A stretch of 63,496 nucleotides of DNA, counting the filler, from Choristocarpus tenellus KU-1152 (lineage: Eukaryota; Protista; Phaeophyceae): the NCBI GenBank assembly GCA_964200185.2. It is 11 parts of 11 records of this genome, joined end to end, with 100 filler letters (N's around TTAATTAATTAA, not from the genome) between each part and the next. Parts side by side here need not be neighbours in the genome. Positions count along the whole stretch, not along the records: positions 1 to 6,242 come from CAXNAD020008591.1; positions 6,343 to 9,174 come from CAXNAD020024351.1; positions 9,275 to 13,084 come from CAXNAD020017800.1; 8 more parts are not named here. One strand, given 5' to 3'. The notes under the pieces were generated by a model that did not search any database, was not told the origin of the DNA, and saw only the letters and a program-made list of their open reading frames with translations. Shown in pieces: positions 1 to 12,186 of this stretch. The number at the start of each line of letters is the position of its first letter. Position 1 is the stretch's first letter. The translations under genes and the position numbers were made by a program.

Positions 1-54
1 GGCCGAAACGGACGCCCCCTCACAAACCACCCCCCCCCCAAGATACTTTGACCC
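1..54. mobile_element. Terminus of a Sola2-like DNA transposon (GGGTCAAAGTATCT-polyG TIR), truncated by contig start
   Basis: Reverse complement GGGTCAAAGTATCTTGGGGGGGGGGTGGTTTGTGAGGGGGCGTCCG nearly matches 41655-41708; its CAAAGTATCT core is shared with the MITE TIR. Confidence 0.65.
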
Positions 55-930
55 CTTTCAGCTGTAACCTCGTCATTGCTCTTATGGTCCGCGCTTGTAT
101 CGATGTTATCAGTTGTCGGAAACTTTGTTGGATTCTTCCTCCCAAGCATAGGCTTCGGCAGGGTGCTTGGCATTTCCTGCATGGAATTCGTCATCATCAC
201 CCCCACTGAAGTCAGACGAGGAGTCAATGTAGACTCTCGAAGTGTCGCTATTAAATTTTGATGCTGCCTTGTTGTTGTCCCCAATACCCTGGACTCTGCT
301 ACCCGGGATATTGTCCAGGCTATCAGCATCATCGCCGCTGCGTCCTCTCCAATCAACTTCCCCATTACAATTTTCTGTCGGGAGAAAATGTTGCCATATC
401 CTCTGCTCCTTCCTCACAAATATAACTTGTACACATTCATACATATTTCTTGTTCCCTCTACGTGTAAAAATATCGCCTCATTACAAATTCTTCATCCGC
501 TCTCAATTAGCTTTTTCGAAATAGGAATGAATCGATCAGGCCCCATCCTACGAAGTTGCTTTTATGAAAACACTGGGTACGAGGGTATTGAGGCAACGTT
601 GTTCAAGCAAAAGACTCCTATTTGCTGGGTTACCTACCTAGCTGTCTACCTGCCTGCATGTAAATAACTCCTATTTGACGTAATGGTGTTTTTCTTGTGT
701 AGGTTGTTTTCTTAGAATCTACTTGATTCTCTAAATTTTCCATGGCAAGTGCCTTCATTTCCTTCTATGGACTTTGCTTCTAATTCTCAAGGAATAAATA
801 TTAATATTTCCTCTCCTGGACAACATTTTCCACTATGGCTTAAATATGTATTTTAGTAAAAGATAATAATAATGATATACTGGGGATATTAATCATTAGA
901 TGTCTCCCTCTTCTCGAATGGATAGGGAAC

Positions 931-1822
931 TCATTAAAAACGTAGCTCTTTCCTTGGTTCACAAGGTGCGAAAAATTCCACACATAAACTAGAACCATTT
1001 CCAGGGCACGATGTCTCGTGGAAAAAGGCAAGCCAATATATTGCAACGACATTTTTGTAGAGAAAAATATTCGTTCACAGAGAACAGTAAAATAACGTTA
1101 CAAAAGACCGTCCAATATACATATATTACTACGACATTTTGTAGATGCGTCAAAATATCAACTTCAATACTTCCTGTGACCCCAAAAATAAGCAACATTC
1201 GGACAAAATTGTACAAAATGTCATAATAATATATGTAGATTGGACGGTCTATTGTAAAATTATTTTACCGTTCTCTGTGAACGAATATTTTTATCTACAA
1301 ATGTCGTCGCAATATATTGGCTTGCCTTTTTCCACGAGACATCTCAAAATATCAGTGGTAAAATATTAATCCTTTTATATATACTATTCTTTGTCAACAC
1401 GATTTTTGAAGCTTGGTCGAGGTGCGAAAATTGTGGATTTGTCCGTTCGTGCCCTGGAAATGGTTCTATTTTATGTGGGGAATTTTTTGCATCGTGTGAA
1501 CCAAGGAAAGAGGTACGTTTTTAATGACAAATACAAACATTTCGAACCTTCGACCAACCTTAAAAAATCGTCTTGACAAAGAATAATATATACAAAAGGA
1601 TTAATTTTTACCACTGATATTTTGAGATGTCTCGTGGAAAAGGTCAAGCAAATATACTGGAACGACCTTTGTAGAGAAAAATATTCATTCACAGAGAACG
1701 GTAAAATAATTTTACAAAAGAACGTCCAATATAAATATATAACTACGACATTTTGTAGATGCGTCAAAATGTCAACTTCAATACTTCCTAACACCCAAAA
1801 AATAAGCTACATTCGGACAAAA
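931..1822. repeat. Nested inverted/direct repeat (foldback-like element)
   Basis: Blocks A(931-1010) B(1010-1143) C(1143-1208) B'(1212-1343) D'(1343-1427) A'(1447-1527) D(1541-1626) B(1626-1757) C(1757-1822); primes are reverse complements, aligned by eye. Confidence 0.85.
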
Positions 1823-3984
1823 ACCTATGATTTATACCAGTTTTTGTTCAATGTAGCATATTTTTACTATTTTTATTGTGTAATATACAACGTGCAGAAA
1901 ACAACTTACTCCTTACGAACCTACAAAATATATTTCCAATTAAAAAAAAAATTGGACACCTAGTGTGATGTCAAACAAAACTAAAATTGTATCCGTTGGT
2001 CTAATCTTAACCACAGCATATCTTCATGTTTTTGATTACCCCTCCCCCCTCCCTACTCCCCACATCACATTACATTACACACCCCAGAGACCTTCTCAGA
2101 CAAAGGCACGAACCTATACATATCCAAGGAACTCTTACCCACGTCGGCAATCAAACCCAACCTTCAATCCGCACGGATACCATTACCTTCACTACTGCAC
2201 CCTCTACTATAAGAATGGACGACCAACATGCACCCTCGTGTCACACCAAGACTGGGAGCACCACACCCTTTGTGAGTGGGTACTCGTTTTATGACTCTTC
2301 GTTCGCATTGAATCACTTTCCACAATCTCACCCGATATCATACCCTTTGACGAACTCTCGGTGCCAGAGGATGAAGAGAGCAAGATGTGTGTGTGTTGGT
2401 TTGCTCTTACACTCGACGGTGCTCACTCGATTTTGCTCGAGTCTACGATCCTCGGGTCTTTGTTCTTGGGTGTGGCTTCACGGCTTAAGGGTCAATCGAA
2501 ATCCGTTCGGGGCTGGGTAGTGACCAGATTTCGAACCTTCACACATGATCTCGAGGAATATTGTCGCTCACGTTTTCCCAATGGGAGTATGTCGACAATT
2601 GACATTCTTGTCCACTTAGCAAACGGCATGTAACCAGCCTACCCCCCTTTTCCATTTCTTACTTCTCCAGGACTTCTTCTACAAGACCACCTCAAGGTCG
2701 GCACCCTCACCACGAAAGTCAATGGGATCATATTCCTCTCCCCTGAGGAAGTGAACAGCTACCCAAGAACTGACATAAGTGAGCCAATAGGCGTATAACG
2801 AAGATTGTAATTACAATTCACGGTCGACCGCTGTTAGGCCTTGGTCCTCTGTGCACACGTGAACACCAACACTTCAGATAATGAGAGTGTTCATCCTGTT
2901 TTTTGTAAAGTGGACAATGGCTATTGCTCCCCCCCTTATTTATGTATTGTCAGAATGAGTCATTTTTAAGCAGCCTTGTCGATTTGAATAGTTCGAGAAA
3001 GGTGAGTTTTTGATTATGCCGAAGAATGAACGGATGTTTTGCACTATCACGTTTTGCTCTGCCCATTTTACTGGTCATATCATATTTAATTCAGTAGCTC
3101 TAGAAGACCCGACTGCATCAGTCTCCGACGTCAGGGAGTTTCTCGTTTGTAGAGGAGAATCCAGGTGTGCGTGTATATTGAGGCCATGAGAATATTTGTG
3201 CATTCAGTTTACAACCTCGAATCACAATATAGTGTGAGAGAGGCTACCGTTTTTAGCTCTTGCCCTGCAGAACACATAGTGTATGGTGCTCCACCAAGTA
3301 GGCAGCAGAGGCTTAGATATGTGTCATTTCGGACTCACCCCCAAGTAGACCGCAATGTTGAGGCTTTGATATTGTACTCCCTCCATGTTCTCAACGTGAC
3401 TGAATGAGCGGTATGGATGGATACAATTTCAATGAAAAGGTGTACGCAACATATGACACCTAACACTCAAAAGGACTTTTGTTTTTCGTCTCTCTTCTTG
3501 AGATTGCTGCTCATGGTTCAGTGCATATTTGATTCTATCTACATCTTCACTTGTTTTTGTATGGGCTAAGAAGTTGCACTCGTGCCTGCCTGTGTTTGTA
3601 CATGGTGATACTGATATATTGTAGACACTGCTGGTTGGTGGAGTAGATCGTTGGACCGAGAGCCAGTGATAGACGTATCGGTGTGTATTGCTGTGTCGTT
3701 GGAAGATTCTGTTTGTACTTGATGTATATCACAATATACCAGATATATTGAGACTGATAGGTGTCCAGTGACTAGTGTTCTTTTCTAGATATACTCATAC
3801 TGAAGACTAGACAGTTTGCATTTCATAGTGTGGACGATTGCAAACCCCACACTGTTGAATTAGTAATGGGTTCCCTCAATCCTCACGAGCTCAGTGATTG
3901 GAATTGAGATCACAACCCCTTTGTAACACTAATACTATACACTCACACCAAATTAGGTTTATTGTCGTCTCCCAAGGTACATCA

Positions 3985-4230
3985 GAGTCAAAGTATCTTA
4001 GAGGGTATAGAGCCCCGTGTCCTGTTGGGGAACCAAAATTTAATGTTGCAATTTGATGTAATTTGTCAATATCCTTCTTCCGGATAAACCTTGTCATAAC
4101 ATATACCTTTTACCTACTTCGAAACACTTTTGATTAGGTGATTAGGTAAAATGTCCTTAAAAGCCCGTGGGAAGTCAAATCCCAAACTAACAAACAGGGA
4201 AAACTCGTATCCTCTGAGATACTTTCGCTT
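3985..4230 (+). mobile_element. Sola2-like MITE copy A
   Basis: Ends GAGTCAAAGTATCTTAGAGGGTA ... TATCCTCTGAGATACTTTCGCTT; 4-bp TSD ATCA (3981-3984/4231-4234); internally deleted relative to the other copies. Confidence 0.8.
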
Positions 4231-4900
4231 ATCATAGATCAACTTAGCCATAGGTCCAGTTTTTAATAACAATTCTGTGTCCACCTCTTCAAAGGCGTCG
4301 CTGCAGTGTTACAGCACACTCCAAAAGCTCACCTCCACAGGATGCATTACTCCAATCCACAGGCCTATAGATGACGCTGATGTTCGCACAAGCCTCCCAC
4401 GAGGATACTTCAACAGTCTACGGTCGAATGAAGATGACAAATATCCAGTACGCAGATGAGGGTACTCTTATGAAACAATAAACATGAATATGAGAAATGG
4501 TATCAGTGCAGAGTGAGCCCTGTGGGACCTTGAGCCGTTTGAGATCTGAGCCGTCTAGGATCTCTTGTGGTCATTTACCGTTTTGTTTCCTTAGTTGACA
4601 GACATTGGAATACATCTGAGAAAGGTTGCAACCTTCCGAAGTTACAGATTTCACACTGCAACTCTTAGTAAATCGGAGTTCCCCCTTATTGGGGTTCCAC
4701 AAGCGCGTAAATTGCTCACGCCGGTTATAGCGCGGGAAGAAATACTCACACTATTCGTCTGTAACATGACCCCTGGCACGAACTAGGTATACATATTTCA
4801 CGCTCACCACAGGTGATTATCACCGGTTAAGACAATAGATATCATCCGTCACCTCAGATCGGCCTGCAGCAGCACATTTTGGCTGCTATTAAGTGACAGA

Positions 4901-5017
4901 GGGGTTCCAGTTCCAAACCTGCCAGTTGTCTCCAACACCGGGAGTCCAGATCCAAATTAACCAGTTGCCTCCAACACAGTGGCTCCAGTTCCGAATTAAC
5001 CAGCTGTTTCCAACCAC
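4901..5017. repeat. Three diverged ~39-bp tandem units
   Basis: GG.TCCAG.TCC.AA...CCAG.TG..TCCAAC repeated three times. Confidence 0.6.
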
Positions 5018-5597
5018 GATCGACGCATCTCCTAGTTTATTTCGGGAATGGATCCTCAAGTCTTAAGACACAGTTAGGATCAATAAATGTGTGGCCAAAT
5101 CAGGGTACAAACTTTAATAAAAAAGTATATGACTCCAACTAGGCCCAAAATGGACAAACAACATCCTTGGTTTCCTTGGGATAATCCGTCCCAAGAGTCA
5201 CAGAATACCATCAGAGTCTGTATATTCTTGCTCCTTTTGAAACACACCTTCAAAAGTAATACAGCATACATGTCTGACATGGCTTGGAATAAATGGGTCC
5301 CCCAGTTCCGATCTCCCTAATCACAAATGTGATTAATTTATATCCATGTTCCCTTTGAAAGTGTCTGTCCACAAGGTCACATGATACAATCTTCCTCAAA
5401 TTGCGTCTGGCCTAATCCGAGTATACACTTTTTCCTTTTGAACTGAACCTTCAAAAGTTACAAAGTATATAGTTCTGATTAGGTCTACAATTAATAGGCC
5501 TTCCTTTCTAATCTTCCCAGTTACAAATGCCTTCCTCCTATCAACGAATAACAGAGACGAAAAGGAAAAAAACTAAATGAAATATATGAATATATAT

Positions 5598-6222
5598 TAT
5601 ACATGCGACAGTTTGTTCCGAACTATGGCCAAATAGCTGCACCCTTGACTGAAAACCTCCGGAACAAAGGGTATGCTTCCAAAAGAGAGAGTAAGAAGAG
5701 TGTCCCTTGGGGACCAGAGGAGCAGAAACCTTTGGAGAACTTAAGGTGCGTCTGGTCTCTCCACCAATCCTAGTCTTTCCTGACTGGGATAAAACGTTCC
5801 TCCTTCATAGAGATGCTAGTGAGGAAGGGGCTGGAGCTACCCTGACCCAGGTGCAAGGTGATGACCATGTCATAACATATGCTAGCCATAGATGGTCTAA
5901 AACAGACAGTAGGAGAGCACCCACTGAAAGGGAATGCATGGCCATCATCTTGTGTGCTGTAGAACACTTCCGTTCCTACATTTGGGGTAGGAAATTTACC
6001 CTAATCACTGACTGCTCTGCACTGACTTGGCTCTTCAAGAGCCGTGAACTCAGCCCCAAGCTCCACAGGTGGGCCCTCCGTCTTATGGATCACGATATGG
6101 AACTTAAGTGGCGAGCAGGCTCGAAGCACCAACTACCGGATGATCTGTCACGACTCTACTCACCAACAGGATCAGGTTTGGATATCAATTACTCTTTTCC
6201 TGACAATCCATCAGTAGCTTGT
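5598..6222 (+). mobile_element. Ty3/gypsy pol fragment (RT C-terminus/connection and RNase H), frameshifted
   Basis: YMRQFVPNYGQIAAPLT...W, frameshift, then LVSPPILVFPDWDKTFLLHRDASEEGAGATLTQ...YASHRWSKTDSRRAPTERECMAI...FTLITDCSALTWL...LHRWALRL...DDLSRL. Confidence 0.92.
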
Positions 6223-6242
6223 GGGTCAAAGTATCTGGGGGG
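6223..6242 (+). mobile_element. Start of poly-G-TIR Sola2-like element inserted in the gypsy pol
   Basis: GGGTCAAAGTATCTGGGGGG, then contig end. Confidence 0.6.
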
Positions 6243-6342
6243 NNNNNNNNNNNNNNNNNNNNNNNNNNNNNNNNNNNNNNNNNNNNTTAATTAATTAANN
6301 NNNNNNNNNNNNNNNNNNNNNNNNNNNNNNNNNNNNNNNNNN
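6243..6342. other. Artificial contig spacer (first of ten)
   Basis: N-run/TTAATTAATTAA/N-run with stops in all frames; repeated at ~9175, 13085, 23124, 28092, 30939, 35836, 41533, 44894 and 49463. Confidence 0.99.
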
Positions 6343-9174
6343 AGGTCTGGGTCAAGCCCCACCACGAGGAGAGGAAGATGGAGGTGGCCCAACTTCTGCA
6401 GAAGGTTTCATCTGGCGACCAACAAGCAGGGCCCGTCCGGCAGCTGAGGGCAAACATCTTGACCGTAGTCGGAATGAAACCTCTGCAACGGGTCAGAGTC
6501 GTGAGTGTGCCTCCTGTGTTCGCAATTACATTTGTGCTGGCTTGTACAACAACAATTAGTTGACGCATCTTGGATTAGTGGTGGGTCTTTGTCATCATCA
6601 TGTGTGACAAATTTGCCTTCCCTACAACAAACGATGCTTTTTTGTCAGATCTCGGCTTTAATTGCTAATAGCGGGAATAGCCAACCGTTGCCTTCAACTC
6701 CGGGCAAGATCTTGGCCAATCTCTGTATCTTGTTCCCGCCTCCAACACGTGTCACTGTCGTAAGCTACAGACAGGCTGACATCTACCACAATGACTTCTT
6801 TCAAACTATTTCACCCCGCAAGCCGCCTCCATTAGACGCGTTAACCACGTCAACCATATCGTTTGCTCTGCTCGATCGACAAGCTATCGTTCTTCCATTA
6901 CACTCTCCCATTTTTAACGTCACCATCGTCCCCTCCTCTCTTCAACAACATTCTCCACCGTGTCTACCATGAGATTCTCCAGAAGGACTCTACGCTACAC
7001 GCTTACCTCACCACCTGGGATGGGAAATACCAGGATGTCCTCAACCAGGTCAACTTCTATCACGCCCACAGCGGGCGGGGCGGTGATGGCGGAAGCGCCA
7101 ACGTCGAGAGCAACAACGGATCAGCATCAGATGATGGGGGGAAAGAAGACGAGGGAGGGTGCCAACACAAAGGAGGGGACGAAGACGAGGGAGGGGACGG
7201 ACTGCCAGGAAGGGACGATACGGGCGAGGGGGGTTCTATCGACAGCGTTCCTAGTGCAGAAGAAGAACAAAACGGCCATAGAGGGTGGAATGCTGGCATT
7301 TGCTGTACTGAATGCAATCCTCCACCTACGGCTCGGTGGGTAATGTAGTTCTAATGGTGCACATGCCGATGGCGGGTAATTAATGGCATAAGATTGGTTT
7401 TCATCCGATCGATCGAACGGCTAACTAAGTTGTCTTGCTTCAGCAATGCACACCACCACACCGGTGGATGTTGCGGGGTCCCTCTGTATGTGTGGCGCTG
7501 CGGTCGCTACCCCCAGAGGTCTCTTTGTTTGCCACAGTCCGAGTGGTTAGTGCATGTGGCAACCGACTGTTGTATCTCACCTGCAGTTCGTATTGTTTTG
7601 TGCCGCCAATTTCGTGGTCCTTCGTAGCCGTGGATCCCCGCGTTGCGTTGTTGCGCCCAATTAATGATGTGGACAAAAGTGCTGTTCTGTCTATTTGACA
7701 CTCTCGTTGCGTGCCACATGCGGCAGGTATTCCTGCCCAAGGTGCTCCATCACACACATGAGCGAATGTGCCAACATGGAGTTGTGGGCGACGAGAGGGC
7801 ACAAGGATCGATTGTGTACCAATTCCCCCGTGGCACAGGAGGGCAGTGAAGGGACTGGACCGATGGGGAACGTAGCGGCGGGTCACCCAGCAGGCAAAGC
7901 CTTTTACGTCCCCCCTCACACAGTGAAACGGCGGACATGGAGAAGTGCATGTGGGTCTCGGCGTGGTTGCACATTATACGGACATACAAGTCGTCTCTGC
8001 GTGTTCGGTTTCGTGTTGGTTTGCACGTGGGTCTTGGCTGGTTGTACATCATGTGGATTGCTCGCCTTTTGTGTGTTCGGTATGGCGTTTTTTTTGGAGG
8101 TTTCCATGGGCCATGGAACTTACCTGTTTGACGTCTCCCCTCCTTCCACGAGATGTATCTGATGGGTCTGGCGTTGTGAAGGGTACGGCTTAACATTTTT
8201 GGGGATGCCGGGAAAATATTATCAGGTCCTCACTTATTGATACAATTGCCTGCACCGTTGTTTACGATGCTGTCCTCTTCGTCGTGCTGTCTGTGTACTG
8301 TGTCATGTGTCATGATGTCCAATCAGGGCTGAGAACACTGCACTACTACACGACCTTCGCCCTCTCGACCTGACGCTATACCCTTAGACGGCCTGAAAGA
8401 ATTCTCCTTCCACAACGCGCCAAAGCTCGCCATAGTGTCCATCGCCGCCGAGCCAAGACTCCTCAACGACAAAGAGGCGAGCAACACCCACTTACGCCAG
8501 GTGATGAGGTACTTGCAGGTGAAGATACATCCTCAGGGCACCATCGCGCTATTTGTGCCCCACCCGTGGGCCGTGCAATCACACCACCTACACGGTGAGT
8601 TGCAGAGTTCACCAGCGCTGAAATACGGGGTGTATTGTGGGAGACTATTGCAATCCACCATAGCCGTTATCAGTTCGCCCATGTCTCGATCGGAAACGGT
8701 GGCGGCCGTTCAAGAGATGCGGATTCTGTCGTGTGTCTTTTTTTATCGCTTTCCCCATGTTGTTTCATCTTCTTCGTACCTTGTATTTCCTCTTGTGTCT
8801 TTTGCTCTTCCCCCCCGTGTCCTTCATAGTTCTTTGTTTGATTGTCCGCGAATCACATGCTGGTGTTACTTGTCTTCACTACTTTTTCTTAACGTATTTC
8901 CTTCTATTTCAGAATTTCCTATTGTTTGCATTTTTGCATTTGTTATTTGGCTTGTGTTCCACCCTCGTTGTACTATTATTATTTTAGTAGTATGCGATTT
9001 CATGTGAAGCTCAACGATACCGTACTTGTGTGCTGTCACTGTCAAGTTTGACGCATGCCAGACCCACACGCTCGCTCCCGCCTTCTCTTCATTCAGGGGC
9101 TCTTATGGCGTCCGAGGTGGGCTTGGTTGTGGAAGATCATCCCCTGCTAATAATGTACAAGACGATGGGGGGGG
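6343..9174 (+). pseudogene. Fragment of an unknown multi-exon gene; the 3' part resembles an N6A/N4C DNA methyltransferase fold
   Basis: Coding-like GC/CpG-rich blocks with splice sites (6343-6500|GTGAGT, ~6860-7300, ~7839-7950, ~8327-8594|GTGAGT, TTCAG|9097-9174). The phase-1 splice gives ...LRQVMRYLQVKIHPQGTIALFVPHPWAVQSHHLH-G-ALMASEVGLVVEDHPLLIMYK. One frameshift near 8383. Confidence 0.35.
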
Positions 9175-11148
9175 NNNNNNNNNNNNNNNNNNNNNNNNNN
9201 NNNNNNNNNNNNNNNNNNTTAATTAATTAANNNNNNNNNNNNNNNNNNNNNNNNNNNNNNNNNNNNNNNNNNNNGAATGCGCAATAAATAAATGAACACT
9301 AACAACCAGTGCAGTGCACCAATCAACAGTCAGTACAAGCTGGTAGATGTGTATCATATCAACAAGGAACAAATGAGTAGCCTATGTTTTAACACCCACT
9401 CCATCAAACTGAATAGTTAGGTCCAATGGACCAAAAAGGTCCTCCTGTGCGGAACCAAATAGAAGCGATAGAGTAGTTTATCATTTCGGCGGAGATCTTG
9501 TCATCTGAAATGAGACCATTGGAGTAGGAGACACTCATTGGCCACTCCTTCTGTCCAACGCCACACACAAAAAAAATCTGACAGTAATCATGACACAGAT
9601 TAACAGTCAATACAGATAACATTGACCAAGTTTCACAAGGAACAAACCATATGCAAATACCACATTCATACTAGACCAACAGAACGAGGCGTACTCTCTA
9701 GACCATGGCTACCCTTGCATTGACTTTGCGCATCTCCTCCTACCTTTCGACGCAATCTCTCCGCCAAGGTCATTGTCAGCAGCAGCACCACTCTTCTCAA
9801 CACCAAAGATATCAGGCGATACTATAGTGACACATGACTGCCTGCTAGCATGCTTTCGCCTTGTGTCTACCTGCTGTCCTTGCTCGCTACTTCAATACTT
9901 TAAAGTATATCAGACTGATGGATATCGCAACATTTTCAATAAAAACATTGGATTACTGACATCTTCAATACCCATATTGAATTACTGATATGCCTTGCAA
10001 GAAAAACATCTTCTGTGCACCCGTATATACTCTACTATTTATATATATATTCAAATTGTAACCGTAGTTGACAGAAATGTACAGATAGTTAAAATATTTA
10101 AACCAAAAAATAAACAAGTGCTTCAAAATGTCTTCTTGGTCCTAGTGGATATTTCCAGAAAAGGTTTCCAACCCTAGCTGCTTGTTTCCCTTGAATCTTT
10201 GTGATGACTTTTTTTGATGAAACAGAATTGTCAGGAAAAAAACCCTACCACATGGTGTGACTTTACTTTAGCCAAGGAACACCAAAATTTCAAGATTTTT
10301 CCCAATGCAAGAGTTTGAGGGCACATGCAGCAATGGACATTCTCATGGATGCTGCAGCTATACCTCTTGCATTCAATGGTGTTGAAAATGTAGAGCAGCA
10401 AAGGGCAGGCTGTACTGCTCCACTCTGGAGTGACCATTCTCATCCCAGTTCCACCAAACTGTAACGCATTTAGGAAAGGCAGCCATTCTTTGTTTGTTTC
10501 AATGTCTTGCCGAAAACCCTACAAAATATTCTGGTTTTAAACTGAAAAAATGCCCCAAGACCAAATGATTCTTTCTGACCTGTCTACGATAAGAGAATTG
10601 CCAGCTATTGGTTTCAGATGTAGTACAATACAATTATTGACTTAGGAATCATAATTCACAACAAAACACAGAGCTCTAGCTTGGATTCCAAAATGGTACA
10701 GCAATGTCATCTAGATAGACGTCATGACCACTGTCATCCTCTACTAAAAAAGAGGATTGTTCCTCTGAATCACCTAAACACATTCCACATGATGTTAAGT
10801 ACTTGAGGTCACCCACCTTTGGGACGTATGCTAAGGAATGTCTACAGAGTGCACGATTAGTCAGGATGGAAGCGCTCTCCACCATGTATACTACCAGTAC
10901 ACTTGACATCCTCTCCAACCAAATTGATCTCCAATGCCTTGGCAGGCATTTATGCATATTGTACATAAAATCTTTTTGTGCACAGGCGAACTCTCAATAC
11001 CTTTGCATATGTACGTACATTTAAGTATTTAACATCTCAGGAATAAATGGGGGCTTATCTTGGCAGGCAGGGGCAGTGAAAGAACCGCTAATGGTGGTAG
11101 TACAGACACAAAACTCCCTATAAAACTGTTATGTCAAATCCGCCAAAT

Positions 11149-11166
11149 CCCTAACCCTAACCCTAA
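11149..11166 (-). repeat. Short interstitial telomere-type (TTAGGG)3
   Basis: CCCTAACCCTAACCCTAA; similar short tracts at 29567, 31452 and 51204. Confidence 0.6.
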
Positions 11167-12186
11167 ATCCTAGCCTAAATTGTTTCAAGTCATGTTTACT
11201 CAACAGAAATCGGTGATTTCTGGTCAGCAATCAGTCCAAAACAAGATTGACAATTATTCTACTGTTTCGGATTAGCATAACTAGATGCTCTTTATGGAGA
11301 CTCTCCACTCATGCTTTCTGATGGATGGAAATGTATTTTATCAACAACTACATTCTGCGGTCAATGGTAGGTGAAAAGTATCACTTGGTGCCTAAACTAG
11401 CTGTTGTTGGAGTATGCCTGTACAGTCCTTGATCAGCCAAAGCACTTAAATAATGGATCGATAGATGGACGGATGGATAGATGTGATGTTACATTTTGCA
11501 GGAAGTGATCGTATGTTTGGGTGGGGGTACTGTAACAGCTCTTAATGTCTGTTGCAAGAACAGCTAGTAGTTGCCTCGTGAGAGTTGTGTTCATGTTCCC
11601 CAATAAATGACACTCCACTCACACCCAAGACACCAACTACAGCCTTTGGTTTGCAGGCTTGCATAAGTACGACACTGCCATTCATCACCATGTACGGAAG
11701 AAAAAATGGGTGAATCTAATATTCATGCAAGGCATTGGAAGCTTGAGGCATAGCCCCACATCAAGACATGAAGTCCATGCCTTCGTCCAATCAAACGAGA
11801 TTGTTGCTGCCCACAAACGTATCCACAAAAATTGCACACATCCAGTGTAAGCATAAAATAGGTTCTGCTGGTTGGACAGAGCTGTAAGATTCTGATATAC
11901 TCCATGCCTGAAGTCAGGGTTGTACCAGATCCCTCATACTCCCTCTGTCCAATACGTCTGGCCATTAAGTTGTAGTAGCTCTTCATGATGGCCTATGATT
12001 ACAAACCGGACTTTTGCGTTAGATCACTTGGAATATATTACATTAAATGTAAATTTCAAAGAATAATAAAAATAAATATGTTCTGAAATGGTTTAGAAAC
12101 AACGGAACACAGAATGGGGCATACTCATTTCATTTTTTAATGTTCCTGCTGCAGCAAGGAGCCACACAACACTCTCACAACCCTCA

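Noticed and set aside
840-1963. Cluster of mutually similar short ORFs
   Set aside because: Similarity comes from the non-coding inverted repeats.
2026-2800. Possible small spliced gene
   Set aside because: Splice-like sites exist, but no consistent frame or recognisable motif could be built.
4901-5017. Possible CRISPR-like repeats (also 39464-39635 and 48129-48184)
   Set aside because: Units are contiguous or diverged, lack unique equal-length spacers, and no cas genes are present; the context is eukaryotic.
6243-6342. Regularly recurring TTAATTAATTAA palindrome
   Set aside because: Artificial six-frame-stop linker inside N-runs; adjacency of contigs carries no biological meaning.
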